Below are positions 32,101 through 45,689 of a stretch of DNA of 64,000 bases, one piece after another. Source of the stretch: Arcobacteraceae bacterium (GTDB taxonomy: Bacteria; Campylobacterota; Campylobacteria; Campylobacterales; Arcobacteraceae); NCBI GenBank assembly GCA_965224485.1, contig CBDCZH010000016.1:64001-128000 (forward strand). The letters are read 5' to 3'. How positions within the stretch are numbered: position 1 is the first letter of the stretch; each line of letters opens with the position of its first letter. Under the pieces are notes generated by a model that searched no databases, had not been told where the DNA came from, and saw only the letters and a program-made list of their open reading frames with translations. The translations under genes were made by a program, and so were the position numbers.

Positions 32101-32729
32101 AGATTTTGGAGTTTGAAAAAGCTTCTTTAGGTTTTTATGTTTCAGGTCATCCTTTAGATGAATACAGAGAACAATTATCTCAAATAAATTATACTCTCTC
32201 TTCAGAAGTTGATGAAATTGCTGATGGAAGTGAAGCTTTATTTGTAGGAAAAGTTGAAAGCATAAACGAAAGAATTTCTAAAAAAGGTAATAAATTTGCC
32301 ATCATAAATATCATGGATTTACATGGGAATATAGAACTTATGATGTTTGAAGATAAATTAATCGAATTAAAAGAAGATTTTGATTTAGAAGAACCTATTG
32401 CTTTTAAAGTAAAAGTAACAAAAGATGAAATGTTTACAAGAATAGCTTTAAGAAAAATTGAAACTTTAAAAGAAGCAAAAAAAGAAAAACTTAAAACAAA
32501 AGCAAAAGTAAAAATAGAACCCCCTCTAACTATTGCTATTAATTTTTCACAAGATGTACAAATGATGTATAATTTATTTGAGATTATTGCACATAATCAA
32601 GGAAGAAGAGAATTAAGAATACTTATAAAATCAAAATTAGGTGATATTGAACTTGAAACTGGATTTAAAGTAAAAACAGAAGTTGAACCCTTAATAAATA
32701 GACTTGAAGGAGCTTATATAGTATCATGA
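29184..32729 (+). CDS. dnaE: DNA polymerase III alpha subunit
   Basis: HLHLHTEYSLLDGA, GPGRGSAAGS, PDIDMDF, KFDFLGL, YGFNKSHS; no intein-sized insertion. Confidence 0.98.
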   Translation: MSEIPQFTHLHLHTEYSLLDGANKIKVLAKKVKEMGMTSVAMTDHGNMFGAIDFYNAMNKVGVKPIIGMEAYIHNSEELGDKSTRQRFHLCLYAKNEIGYKNLMYLSSQAYMHGFYYYPRINKKLLRENSEGIVCSAACLQGEINWHLNLKNERNIKNGAKGYERAKEVALEYRDIFGDDFYLEIMRHGISDQHYIDDSILRIAHETGIKVVATNDTHYSEQKDADAHEAFMCIAMNKLYDDPNRLRHSVHEFYLKSPEQIAKLYADIPEAIEATQEIANKCNLTIKLGDPTPPNFKFTRTKAAITNLELPEPQLEYSLENDKILFIDECWRGLEKRLKIVKEEKHQEYKDRLQVEIDIINNMKFPGYMLIVWDFVIVAKQMKIPVGPGRGSAAGSLVAFSLEITDIDPMPYGLLFERFLNPERISMPDIDMDFCQARRGEIIDYVVQQYGRANVAQIITFGKLLAKGVIRDVARVLDMPYSKADAMAKLIPDELGIDLANSYIKEPKIKELCDSDPQAARVWEYALALEGLNRNAGTHAAGVVISNEPLWNKTPLFKPSGLDTLATQYNGKYVEDVDLIKFDFLGLKTLTVIEEANKLIEKRHGKRIDFISADVNDKGVYNLIQTGNTIGLFQIESDGMQDLCKRLKPDNFEDIIAVLALYRPGPMESGMLDDFINRKHGRAKIDYFYDEFTEPLTPILEPTYGVIVYQEQVMQIVQTIGGFSLGGADLVRRAMGKKIIEEMDRLKGEFALGGVKKGYNKEHCEELFDLIVKFAGYGFNKSHSAAYAMVTFYTSYLKNYYPTEFMAALLTLEKDNTDKVVKYVDEVKRLNIELFPPDINKSFLVFSATKIDKKEVVMFGMGALKGAGDVAINSILNSRKEGGNFKDLPDFISRIDGSKVNKRVIEALTKSGAFDSFGYSRKAMLEQIEIISEAVSNSMKAKKQAVGSLFGDDEELIRMEVNLEPLEEYTAKEILEFEKASLGFYVSGHPLDEYREQLSQINYTLSSEVDEIADGSEALFVGKVESINERISKKGNKFAIINIMDLHGNIELMMFEDKLIELKEDFDLEEPIAFKVKVTKDEMFTRIALRKIETLKEAKKEKLKTKAKVKIEPPLTIAINFSQDVQMMYNLFEIIAHNQGRRELRILIKSKLGDIELETGFKVKTEVEPLINRLEGAYIVS

Positions 32730-33502
32730 AACAAATTTTAATAACAAATGATGATGGTTTTGATGCCATTGGATTAAAGGCATTAATACAAGCTCTAAGT
32801 GGTCTTGCAAAAATAGTTGTGGTTGCACCTGCAAGAAACAAATCTGCCTGTGGGCATTCTTTGACGTTAGATAGACCTTTAAGAATGGTAAGTGTTGATG
32901 ATGATTTTTATAAACTAGATGATGCAACTCCTAGTGATTGTGTTTTTATTTCATTAAATAATTTATTTAAAGATGGGTATAAACCTGATTTAGTGATTTC
33001 TGGTATTAATATTGGCTCAAACTTAGGAGAAGATATTACTTATTCAGGGACTGCAGCCGCCGCAATGGAAGCAGTTTTACAAGGAATTCCAGCTATTGCA
33101 ATTTCTCAAGTTTATAAAAACTTTTCAAAAGATTCAGATTTTGCTCTTGCAAAACAAACTATAAAAGATTTAGCTAAGAAAATTTTAAATAATAGCTTTC
33201 CTTTAGGTGAGAGAAAGTTTTTAAATATAAATATTCCTGATATTTCAATTAAAGAGTGCAAAGGTAGCAAAATCACAAAAGTTGGGTATAGAGAGTATGG
33301 AAACGATACGCATAGACACTTAAATCCAAGGGGAGAAGAATATTATTGGATAGGGTTACATCCTTTAATTTGGAAAAAAAGCGAAGACGGTACTTGTGAT
33401 TTTGAAGCTATTAAAAATAATTATATTTCAATAACGCCATGCCATTTAAACCTAACTTCATATGAAGATATCAATAAACTAAATTCATGGATACAGACTT
33501 AA
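32726..33502 (+). CDS. surE: 5'/3'-nucleotidase SurE
   Basis: ILITNDDG, SGINIGSNLG, YSGT, ISITP. Confidence 0.96.
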   Translation: MKQILITNDDGFDAIGLKALIQALSGLAKIVVVAPARNKSACGHSLTLDRPLRMVSVDDDFYKLDDATPSDCVFISLNNLFKDGYKPDLVISGINIGSNLGEDITYSGTAAAAMEAVLQGIPAIAISQVYKNFSKDSDFALAKQTIKDLAKKILNNSFPLGERKFLNINIPDISIKECKGSKITKVGYREYGNDTHRHLNPRGEEYYWIGLHPLIWKKSEDGTCDFEAIKNNYISITPCHLNLTSYEDINKLNSWIQT

Positions 33503-33610
33503 GGAGTAATTAGTTACTCTCTTTATGATTTATTTCTTTATATGGAAAAGAATTCCAAAAGAAATTATAATAGTAAGTTCCCTTATAGTAGGGAAAAACA
33601 AAGGAAAACA

Positions 33611-33877
33611 ATGACATTTACCGACTCAATTTTATTAAATATTGATAAACTAGTAGGATCACTTAAAAGTGAAGAACAATTAAGAGAAGTTTTAAAAAGA
33701 AAATTTACAAAAAAAGAGTTTAAAGTATTTATAGCAATTGCGAACAAAGAAGAAATTAAAGATATAGCAAAAGAAATTCATGTTGATGAGAAAAGAGTAG
33801 AAGAACTACATAAAACTGCTTGTAAAAAATTAAATCAAGAAATATTTAAAAACGAAATCGTTAATACAAAGAGTTAA
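33611..33877 (+). CDS. Small hypothetical protein with sigma70-region-4/LuxR-like HTH pattern
   Basis: Start reassigned to MTFTDS after AAGGAAAAC RBS; FTKKEFKVF...IKDIAKEIHVDEKRVEELHKTACKKL. Confidence 0.6.
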   Translation: MTFTDSILLNIDKLVGSLKSEEQLREVLKRKFTKKEFKVFIAIANKEEIKDIAKEIHVDEKRVEELHKTACKKLNQEIFKNEIVNTKS

Positions 33878-33910
33878 ACCTAAAGGTTTATCTCTTTTAC
33901 TTAAGATTAA

Positions 33911-35242
33911 CTAAGAGAGATCTTTTTTGTTTACAAATTTGATTAATACCATACCAGCAAACTTATCTTTTTTATAAAACTCAACCCTATAAATCTTAGC
34001 ACTTTTATCAATTGAGAATCTTTTAGATATTTGATACTTTTTTATTTTTATTCCAGCTTCACTTCTTTTATTTTTAGAAGAATAACCAATAACATTAACT
34101 CTATATTTTACATCTTTTAAAATTGAGAATTCTTTATTTACTTTTACTAATTCCCCAAATTGAATTTCTTTTATTTTACCATCAACTTTAAAAGAGATTT
34201 TCTCTTTTTTATTCAAAATATCTATATAATCTGGCATTAAAATTGCTAGTCTTCTATTTCCATAATGAATTGTATAAAACTTTTTACTTTTAACAATTGT
34301 CATTAAAGGATTTGAAGCTTTAAACTCTATTTCTCCATTTTTAGAAACAGGAAAATAGTTTAAATATTTTCGTACCTGAGATAGAGGTAATTTAATTTGC
34401 TCACCATAGAAACTAATATAAATATCATCATCAATCACTTTCTTTAACGCTTTTGGGTTTAAGTCAAATTTCCTTTTAAACTCTATTCCCATAATACTCA
34501 TATATTTTTCTAAGGCTAGAAGATGATAATACGTTCTTTTATGAACTGGTAAAGATTTACTAGCTTCATTTCCAAAAGCAGCTTTTTTATTATTAATAGC
34601 ATAATAAGTTAATGTTTTTTCCATTTCCTTATCACCAGCTCTAGTTTTAGTATTATGAACGTGATAAATATCTTTAGCTCTTAAAAGATTTTTATTTACA
34701 TGTTCACAAACTTGTTTAGATATTTCTTCTAAGTTCCCATAATATTTTATATCTAACTTAGCCTGATCAATTATTGAACTTTGTCCCCATTTATAAGGAG
34801 AATGATCTTTATCTATAAACTTTTTTCTATAAAAACCACTTCCATCGTGTAAGTTTAAAACAACTTTGACTAAGGGGTCTTTTATATGATCTTTTATTCT
34901 TTTAACAGAAACATAATCAGGGTCTTTTTTTGAAATATTGGCAAACTTTCTATTCATATCACCATAGGGACCACGTGAACGTTTAATTATTGAGTAAAAG
35001 TTAAGATTTGGAACTACCCAAACAGAACCTTTTGTAATCTCATAATGAGTTGCTATTAAAGAAGCAGCCATAAAACCACCTGGTTCATCACCTTGTATTC
35101 CACCTATTATTAAAAGTGTATTATCATTTTGTACACCTTTTTTAATTATTTCAAAATCATAGTTTTTTACTGATGCATTAAGATTTAATGCAAGTGCAAA
35201 AATACTTAAAAATTTAAATAATCTTAACATGCCAAGGCTCAT
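33911..35242 (-). CDS. Peptidoglycan DL-carboxypeptidase, Csd4/Pgp1-like (M14/M99)
   Basis: GGIQGDEPGG, DMNRKF, NLHDGSGF, GNEASK; signal peptide (true start may be 35230). Confidence 0.88.
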   Translation of the reverse strand: MSLGMLRLFKFLSIFALALNLNASVKNYDFEIIKKGVQNDNTLLIIGGIQGDEPGGFMAASLIATHYEITKGSVWVVPNLNFYSIIKRSRGPYGDMNRKFANISKKDPDYVSVKRIKDHIKDPLVKVVLNLHDGSGFYRKKFIDKDHSPYKWGQSSIIDQAKLDIKYYGNLEEISKQVCEHVNKNLLRAKDIYHVHNTKTRAGDKEMEKTLTYYAINNKKAAFGNEASKSLPVHKRTYYHLLALEKYMSIMGIEFKRKFDLNPKALKKVIDDDIYISFYGEQIKLPLSQVRKYLNYFPVSKNGEIEFKASNPLMTIVKSKKFYTIHYGNRRLAILMPDYIDILNKKEKISFKVDGKIKEIQFGELVKVNKEFSILKDVKYRVNVIGYSSKNKRSEAGIKIKKYQISKRFSIDKSAKIYRVEFYKKDKFAGMVLIKFVNKKDLS

Positions 35243-36029
35243 ATCTTACTCCGTCTTTATTATTTATTGTATATCTCATATCTATATATTTTAGTTTCTG
35301 CATTGCTTTAAACTCTTTTGTTAAAGCAAACCTAGCTGTAAAATTTGATAAACCTAAACCTTTTTTACCAACATCAAAATCACCAACAGTATGATAGGTA
35401 AAAGCAGGAGGGGCTATACTTTTTGAAGCAAGAGAAAGGTTATATTTACTTAAGTGAATTTTATCTAAAAAAAGTTTCATTTGTTTTACTATTGATCTAA
35501 CTCCAGAAGTTAAAATAATATTTTCACCTAAATCTTTTACCATGTGTTCATACGTAGCAATTGATTTTTCTTTAAACAAATAATGACCAGTATAGGGAAT
35601 TTTTTTTACATCTTTTTTATTTATTTTAAGTGTTAAATTATTACTTGTTCTTTCACCATAAAAACCATGAACTTCTGGTTTGTAATAAAAAATATATTCA
35701 ATAAATGCAAGTTCATTTTTGGTAAAATCTTTCATTCCTCTAGCTCTTTTTAAAATATATCTTGTAGCATCAAAACTAATAATATTAAAGTTCCCATAAC
35801 CTATGTATTTTTGAACTTGGCTTAGTTTAGCTCTAACACTTTGTATATTTACAATATCTTTATCTTGCAAATATACATTATTATCAAATAAAGAAGTACT
35901 AGGTAGGTTAAAAAAAGTATTATTAAAAAAATCTATATTTTTTGCATTACTTAAGGTTGTAAGGCCAAGAGGTAGTAAATATGTACTTTGTTTTATTTTA
36001 TTAAAAAAATCTCTTCTGTTCATAGTCAA
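35214..36029 (-). CDS. M15/VanY-family peptidase with twin-arginine signal
   Basis: NRRDFF; TSGVRS, APPAFTYHTVGDFD, YEPWH. Confidence 0.8.
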   Translation of the reverse strand: MTMNRRDFFNKIKQSTYLLPLGLTTLSNAKNIDFFNNTFFNLPSTSLFDNNVYLQDKDIVNIQSVRAKLSQVQKYIGYGNFNIISFDATRYILKRARGMKDFTKNELAFIEYIFYYKPEVHGFYGERTSNNLTLKINKKDVKKIPYTGHYLFKEKSIATYEHMVKDLGENIILTSGVRSIVKQMKLFLDKIHLSKYNLSLASKSIAPPAFTYHTVGDFDVGKKGLGLSNFTARFALTKEFKAMQKLKYIDMRYTINNKDGVRYEPWHVKII

Positions 36030-36049
36030 GGATTTTACTACAAAAAATC

Positions 36050-36313
36050 TTATAGAACCATTTTTATATCTATATGTTTACCTAAAAGATCATATAATGT
36101 TTTTCTATCATCATCATGATGAACTATCAAATCCAAATTGTAACTTTTAAATTTACCTTTTGAACTAACTTTTGATTCTTTTATCATGAATTCTCTCTCT
36201 CCTAAAATAGAAGAGATAATTTTTTTCATATTTTTCTTATCTAGTATTACTATTTTGTAAACCCACGAACAAGGATAAGAAAGTTTTAATTTTTCTTTAT
36301 TTAAATCAATCAT
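36050..36313 (-). CDS. DUF493/YbeD-like protein
   Basis: Start MIDLNK; YPCSWVYKIV, SSKGKFKS, IKMVL. Confidence 0.85.
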   Translation of the reverse strand: MIDLNKEKLKLSYPCSWVYKIVILDKKNMKKIISSILGEREFMIKESKVSSKGKFKSYNLDLIVHHDDDRKTLYDLLGKHIDIKMVL

Positions 36314-36314
36314 T

Positions 36315-36797
36315 TTATTTAATCCTTTCTCTTGTAAAATCTCCACTTTTACCACCTGATTTTTTTTCAAGTTGTACATTTGATATTACCATGGATTTAT
36401 CAATTGCTTTAACCATATCATAAATAGTTAATAAACCAATAGAAGTACCCATTAAAGCCTCCATCTCTACACCTGTTTGTCCATTTAACTTAGCAGTTAC
36501 TATAAGTTTAAAACCTGGCAAAGAAGGTAATTCTTCAACATCACAGTTGATTCCTGATAATAACAAAGGATGGCACATAGGAATAAGCTCAGAAGTTTTT
36601 TTAACTCCCATAATTGCAGCAATTACAGCTGTTTGTAACACTGGGCCTTTTTTTGTTTTATTTGCAACTATTGCATCAAAAGCTTCACTACTCATAGAAA
36701 TCATACCAGAAGCAATTGCAACTCTTGTCGTATCTTCTTTTTGGCTTACATCAACCATTTTAGGTCTATCATTTTCATCTAAATGTGTTAAATTCAC
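36315..36797 (-). CDS. moaC: Cyclic pyranopterin monophosphate synthase
   Basis: [41 protein letters not shown]. Confidence 0.97.
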   Translation of the reverse strand: MNLTHLDENDRPKMVDVSQKEDTTRVAIASGMISMSSEAFDAIVANKTKKGPVLQTAVIAAIMGVKKTSELIPMCHPLLLSGINCDVEELPSLPGFKLIVTAKLNGQTGVEMEALMGTSIGLLTIYDMVKAIDKSMVISNVQLEKKSGGKSGDFTRERIK

Positions 36798-36914
36798 TGT
36801 ATCACCTTATTTGTTTTCTTAATTCTTATTATATCATCTTGTGATTAAATTGGAATTAAGAAAACTTTAAATATAATAGCTGTTCAAAATTTAAAAAGAA
36901 AGTGGGTGATTTTA

Positions 36915-37127
36915 GTGCCAGGCATTAAAGTTAAAGAGAGCGAATCGTTCGACGAAGCTTACAGAAGATTTAAAAAGCAATGTGACAGAAACTTAATTGT
37001 AACTGAAACAAGAGCTAGACGATTTTTTGAACCTATGACAGAAAAGAGAAAAAAGCAGAAAATAAATGCTAAGAAAAAAGCTCTTAAGAAGTTATATATG
37101 CTTAGACGTTACGAAGCTAGACTATAA
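36915..37127 (+). CDS. rpsU: 30S ribosomal protein S21
   Basis: GTG start [25 protein letters not shown]. Confidence 0.96.
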   Translation: MPGIKVKESESFDEAYRRFKKQCDRNLIVTETRARRFFEPMTEKRKKQKINAKKKALKKLYMLRRYEARL

Positions 37128-37146
37128 TTCGTATACTCTTCCAATT

Positions 37147-37180
37147 AAAAACCTAGATGTTTTCATCTAGGTTTTTTTTT
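37147..37180 (+). terminator. Intrinsic terminator after rpsU
   Basis: AAAAACCTAGATG / CATCTAGGTTTTT followed by a T-run. Confidence 0.85.
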
Positions 37181-37249
37181 AGTTCTTTTTTATTTTAAAT
37201 TTTAATAAATAAGAGATACTTTTCTAATATGAATCTATAAATCTAGATT

Positions 37250-38041
37250 TTATGTTCTCCACTTTAATAGTTTTCTCTCAATAATGGCAATCAAATAACT
37301 AATTATTACGCCCATAGCGGATAAAATTGTGACACCTACAAATAATCGCTCTAAATCATATAAAGAACCAGCTTCTAAAACATAAGCACCAATACCATAT
37401 GTTGCTCCTAACATTTCAGCAGCAACTAATAAAATAATACCAATAGCAAGTGAAATCCTTATTCCTGATATTATTCCAGGCAAAGCACCTGGTAGTACAA
37501 TTTTTCGCACTATTGAAAACCAAGTTAAACCAAAACTTTGCCCCATTCTAATTAAATTCCTGTCAACATTATCAACAGCTGCATATGTAGCAATAACTGT
37601 TGGAGTAAATGTTCCAAATGCAATTAAAGCATATTTTGAGCCCTCATCAATTCCAAACCATATTACAAAAAGTGGTAATAATGCAATTTTAGGGATAGGA
37701 AATAAAGCAGAAACAATAGGCAATAAACCTGCTCTTAAAATATTAAATAAAGCAATTAAAACACCAACTATTATTCCTAAAGAAATACCTAAAATTGAAC
37801 CCACCGTTAATCTAGTAAAAGAAGGTATTAAGTGTTCAAATAATAAACCAGAATCATATAATTCTATAAAAGCCTCATAAACTCCAGAAGGGCTAGGAAG
37901 GGTTAAATTAGATATAAAATTACTTCTTGTAGCTAGCTCTAAAAATATAATAATTAGGATAAATACTAAAGGCCCTATAAAAGGAACTGATTTATAAGTA
38001 AATCCTTTTCCTCTAAAAAGTATCTCTTTTTTTTCAGACAT
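37250..38041 (-). CDS. ABC transporter permease, NitT/TauT family
   Basis: LPSP, PIPKIALLPLFVIWFG, IVLPGALP, LVAAEM. Confidence 0.92.
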   Translation of the reverse strand: MSEKKEILFRGKGFTYKSVPFIGPLVFILIIIFLELATRSNFISNLTLPSPSGVYEAFIELYDSGLLFEHLIPSFTRLTVGSILGISLGIIVGVLIALFNILRAGLLPIVSALFPIPKIALLPLFVIWFGIDEGSKYALIAFGTFTPTVIATYAAVDNVDRNLIRMGQSFGLTWFSIVRKIVLPGALPGIISGIRISLAIGIILLVAAEMLGATYGIGAYVLEAGSLYDLERLFVGVTILSAMGVIISYLIAIIERKLLKWRT

Positions 38042-38801
38042 TTAAGATTTCCTTATCAGCATTTAGTGCTTCATCTTTCATAAGCATCCATAAATATTCT
38101 TGTTTCTGCTCTATTTCTAAGATATGATTTTTTCTCTCATTTAATGGTATATTTATTTCCACTATTTCTTGTATTCTTCCAGGTCTGCTAGCTAATACAA
38201 CAATTTTATGCCCTAGTCTAACTGCCTCACTTAAATTATGAGTTACATAAATAGCTGTAAATTTTTCTTTTTCCCATAAAGATAATAAATCGTCCATTAA
38301 CAGCTCTCTTGTTTGACTATCAAGAGCAGATAAAGGCTCATCCATTAACATAACAGCAGGTTTTACACTAAGAGCTCTAGCAATTGCAACTCTTTGTTTC
38401 ATTCCTCCGCTTAATTGCTTAGGTAAGGCATTTTTAAAATCACTTAATTTAGTTCGTTTTAAAACATTATTTATTATTTCATCTCTTTTACTTTTTTTTA
38501 TATTATGATCTTCTAAAACTAAAGAAATATTATCATAAACATTTTTCCAAGGTAAAAGTGCAAAATCTTGAAAAATATAAGTTAAAGGATTTAAACAATT
38601 TTTAGGAATAGAACCAACTTGAAAGATTTTACCTTCACTTGCTTTTTCTAAACCTCCAATCAATCGTAATAATGTCGATTTACCACAGCCAGATGGACCA
38701 ACAATACAAACTATTTCAGAACTTTTAATTTCTAAATTAATATCTTTAAGAACATTTAATTCACCATAAGAGTGAGAAACATTTTCAATATGTATTTCCA
38801 T
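38034..38801 (-). CDS. ABC transporter ATP-binding protein, NitT/TauT family
   Basis: GPSGCGKST, FQDFALLPW, LSGGMKQR, MDEPLSALD. Confidence 0.94.
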   Translation of the reverse strand: MEIHIENVSHSYGELNVLKDINLEIKSSEIVCIVGPSGCGKSTLLRLIGGLEKASEGKIFQVGSIPKNCLNPLTYIFQDFALLPWKNVYDNISLVLEDHNIKKSKRDEIINNVLKRTKLSDFKNALPKQLSGGMKQRVAIARALSVKPAVMLMDEPLSALDSQTRELLMDDLLSLWEKEKFTAIYVTHNLSEAVRLGHKIVVLASRPGRIQEIVEINIPLNERKNHILEIEQKQEYLWMLMKDEALNADKEILNV

Positions 38802-38816
38802 TATTTAAACTTACTC

Positions 38817-39821
38817 TTAATATGTTTGAACATAACTTTTATCAACAATCATATCTATTGTTATATTCTTTTTAACAAGTTTTGTATCTTGTAGCCATTT
38901 TAACTGATCTTTTATACTAGTAAGATCTAATTTAGCACCTTCATTAATTCTCATAGATCCATTAATAATTGAAACAGAAGCTTTTTTATAAGCTTTACTT
39001 GCATATACATATTTGTGAATTAACTTAACCATACTATTAAGACCCTCTTCTCCTAATGTTTTATCAATTAAAGCAGCATTATAATCAGCTATACCTTTTT
39101 TAAATGCACGTAAAAAAGAGTTAACTAAGTCTCTTTTATTTTTAGCATTAAAACTAGATGTAAATACTGTTGTTACTTGATAATTAGGAATATAATCAGA
39201 AACTCTTCCAATTATTGAAATATTTGGACTTTTATCTAATGATTTAGCAATATGAGGAACAATAGACCAAGCATCAATTTGCTGTGTTTTTAAAGCCCCT
39301 ATAATTGTTCCTACTCTTTGTAAAGCTTTTATTTTTATATCAGAAGAAGCAAAACCTTCTTTTTGTGCAATTTTATAAGCAACATATTGAAAAGAAGAAC
39401 CACTTTGTGTGATTGCAAAAGTTTTACCTTTTAAATCTTTAGGTGTCTTAAGTCCTGCATCAATTGCTTTTTTAGAAGCAAGAATCATATTTCCATCAAT
39501 TCCTTCTTCCTCATGTAAAGCTCCAGCAATAACTTTAATTGCGCCTTTTCCAGCTAAATTAACTAATCCACCAGATAAGGCAGTAATCCCAAAATCAACA
39601 TCTCCAGAAGCAATTGCAATTGCCATAGGTTGAGCTGATTTAAAAAACTTAAATTCAACTTCTAAACCATTATCTTTAAAATACCCTCGTTCATAAGCTA
39701 CAAAACTTGGAGCATGAGAGGTAAATCGTAAAGCTCCAATAGTAATTTTTTCTGCTTTTATTTCACTTACAAATAAAAGTGAAAATAAGAATATTAAGAT
39801 AATTTTTTTTGTTTTTAACAT
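38817..39821 (-). CDS. ABC transporter substrate-binding protein, NitT/TauT (NMT1/SsuA-like)
   Basis: Start MLKTKK after AGGAG RBS; signal peptide; VAYERGYFKDNGLEVE, AIASGDVD, DLKGK. Confidence 0.9.
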   Translation of the reverse strand: MLKTKKIILIFLFSLLFVSEIKAEKITIGALRFTSHAPSFVAYERGYFKDNGLEVEFKFFKSAQPMAIAIASGDVDFGITALSGGLVNLAGKGAIKVIAGALHEEEGIDGNMILASKKAIDAGLKTPKDLKGKTFAITQSGSSFQYVAYKIAQKEGFASSDIKIKALQRVGTIIGALKTQQIDAWSIVPHIAKSLDKSPNISIIGRVSDYIPNYQVTTVFTSSFNAKNKRDLVNSFLRAFKKGIADYNAALIDKTLGEEGLNSMVKLIHKYVYASKAYKKASVSIINGSMRINEGAKLDLTSIKDQLKWLQDTKLVKKNITIDMIVDKSYVQTY

Positions 39822-39915
39822 AGTTTCTCCTAAAATATTAATTAAATACTTTAGCAAAATATTTATTCATTAATAATAAAATTTTCTTTTATAAGCTTTT
39901 TATTGCAAAGAAGAA

Positions 39916-39947
39916 TTAATAGTTAATAGTTAATAGTTAATAGTTAA
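39916..39947. repeat. Heptanucleotide tandem repeat (TTAATAG)4 plus partial unit
   Basis: Read directly from the sequence. Confidence 0.9.
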
Positions 39948-39987
39948 GGGTAGATCACTTATCTTTAATTAAAATTAATTATAAGGC

Positions 39988-40037
39988 AAAAAAAAAGCTC
40001 ATATAAAAGACAACAAAGTTGAATTTCATATGAGCTT
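39988..40037 (-). terminator. Terminator of rRNA operon A
   Basis: AAGCTCATAT / ATATGAGCTT stem followed by U9 on the minus strand, just after 5S. Confidence 0.7.
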
Positions 40038-40050
40038 AAAAATACTTAAA

Positions 40051-40166
40051 TCTGGCAACGACCTACGTTTCGCACAAGGGGACCCTGCAGTATTATCAGC
40101 GATGAAGAGCTTGACTACCAGGTTCGAAATGGAGCTGGGTATTTCCTCTTCTCTATAATCACCAGA
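40051..40166 (-). rRNA. rrf: 5S rRNA (operon A)
   Basis: Reverse complement of 5S, with paired TCTGG...CCAGA ends and a conserved CGAAC loop. Confidence 0.95.
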
Positions 40167-40363
40167 AAAAAGTAATAAATGAACGGAAACGCAGAACTAA
40201 AGTTCTGTTCATAATAAAAATCATACTTTAGTATAATTTATTATTAATTCACTTATTACTTTCTTCTTAAAAGAATAAAGTAAAAATTGTTAAAGTCTTG
40301 TTTTGAACACTTAAATTATTAAGCATACACTTAATAAGATAGTAGCCATTGAAATAATAAAAA

Positions 40364-43264
<2,901 letters not shown>

Positions 43265-43636
43265 TAATAAATAGAGTTAAACTCTATCGCTTTTTGATAA
43301 TTATTCTTTGGCTACTATCTTATTAAATGTACAAGTACATTAATAATATAGTATTGTGTTCTATCTATTTCTAGATAATTTAAATTTTGTTATTAAACTA
43401 CTTTCATACGAAAATAATTTAACGAAAAAATTAAAGACTTTAACAATAAATTTTTAAATAACATGTAACCTAAGTTACGTTTTGATCCGAAAATCAAATA
43501 TAAATTCTACATGTAGAACTTATATTTAATTTACGATTCTTTTAATTAAGGCTTATAATCTTTATAAACCGAACATAATACTCTGTAATATTTTAGTTAC
43601 TAGCATAAGAAACGAATCTTATGCTACTTACTCTGA

Positions 43637-45152
<1,516 letters not shown>

Positions 45153-45373
45153 ATGGTAGTTTGAAACTGACAATATTTATAATTGTTACATTACAAAATC
45201 ATCACTCAAAATAGTTTTTACTACAAGTAGTAAAAGCTTAATAGACAAAGATATGTTTTACCATATTCTTGTTTTCTAATATTATCAATATGTTTGTTTA
45301 ACCTATGTCATATTACATAGTTAAACAGAGTATCATATTCGGTTTATAAAGATTACTCTTTTTAAACCTTAAG

Positions 45374-45386
45374 TTGTTAAAGAACA
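45374..45386 (-). promoter_or_regulatory. boxA-like antitermination site in the rRNA leader (second copy at 51717-51729)
   Basis: TGTTCTTTAACAA on the minus strand versus consensus TGCTCTTTAACA. Confidence 0.7.
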
Positions 45387-45447
45387 TCCAGACTCTCATG
45401 TTACCACCGCTCTTTCGTTTGGTGTGTATCACTTAAATTGGACGGGA

Positions 45448-45476
45448 ATTATAGACAATTTATTCTCTTTTGTCAA
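45448..45476 (-). promoter_or_regulatory. Sigma70 promoter of rRNA operon A
   Basis: Perfect TTGACA-N17-TATAAT on the minus strand. Confidence 0.9.
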
Positions 45477-45689
45477 GGGTTTACTCTTCGATTTGGCTTA
45501 AATTTGTAAAGTTTTGTTTTTAACAACTGATTAATAACTAAATACGTAATATAAAAGATCATTTGAGAACTTTTTCTAATTTAAATTAGAAAAAAGTTAT
45601 TTATTTAAGAAAAATAAGTTTTTTGTTAACTTATTTTTTAGGTAAATATATTCTTTATGGGATATATTTCTTTTTCAACTAGAATTATT

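Noticed and set aside
29184..32729. Intein or split in dnaE
   Set aside because: Length is normal, motifs are continuous, and no intein signatures were seen
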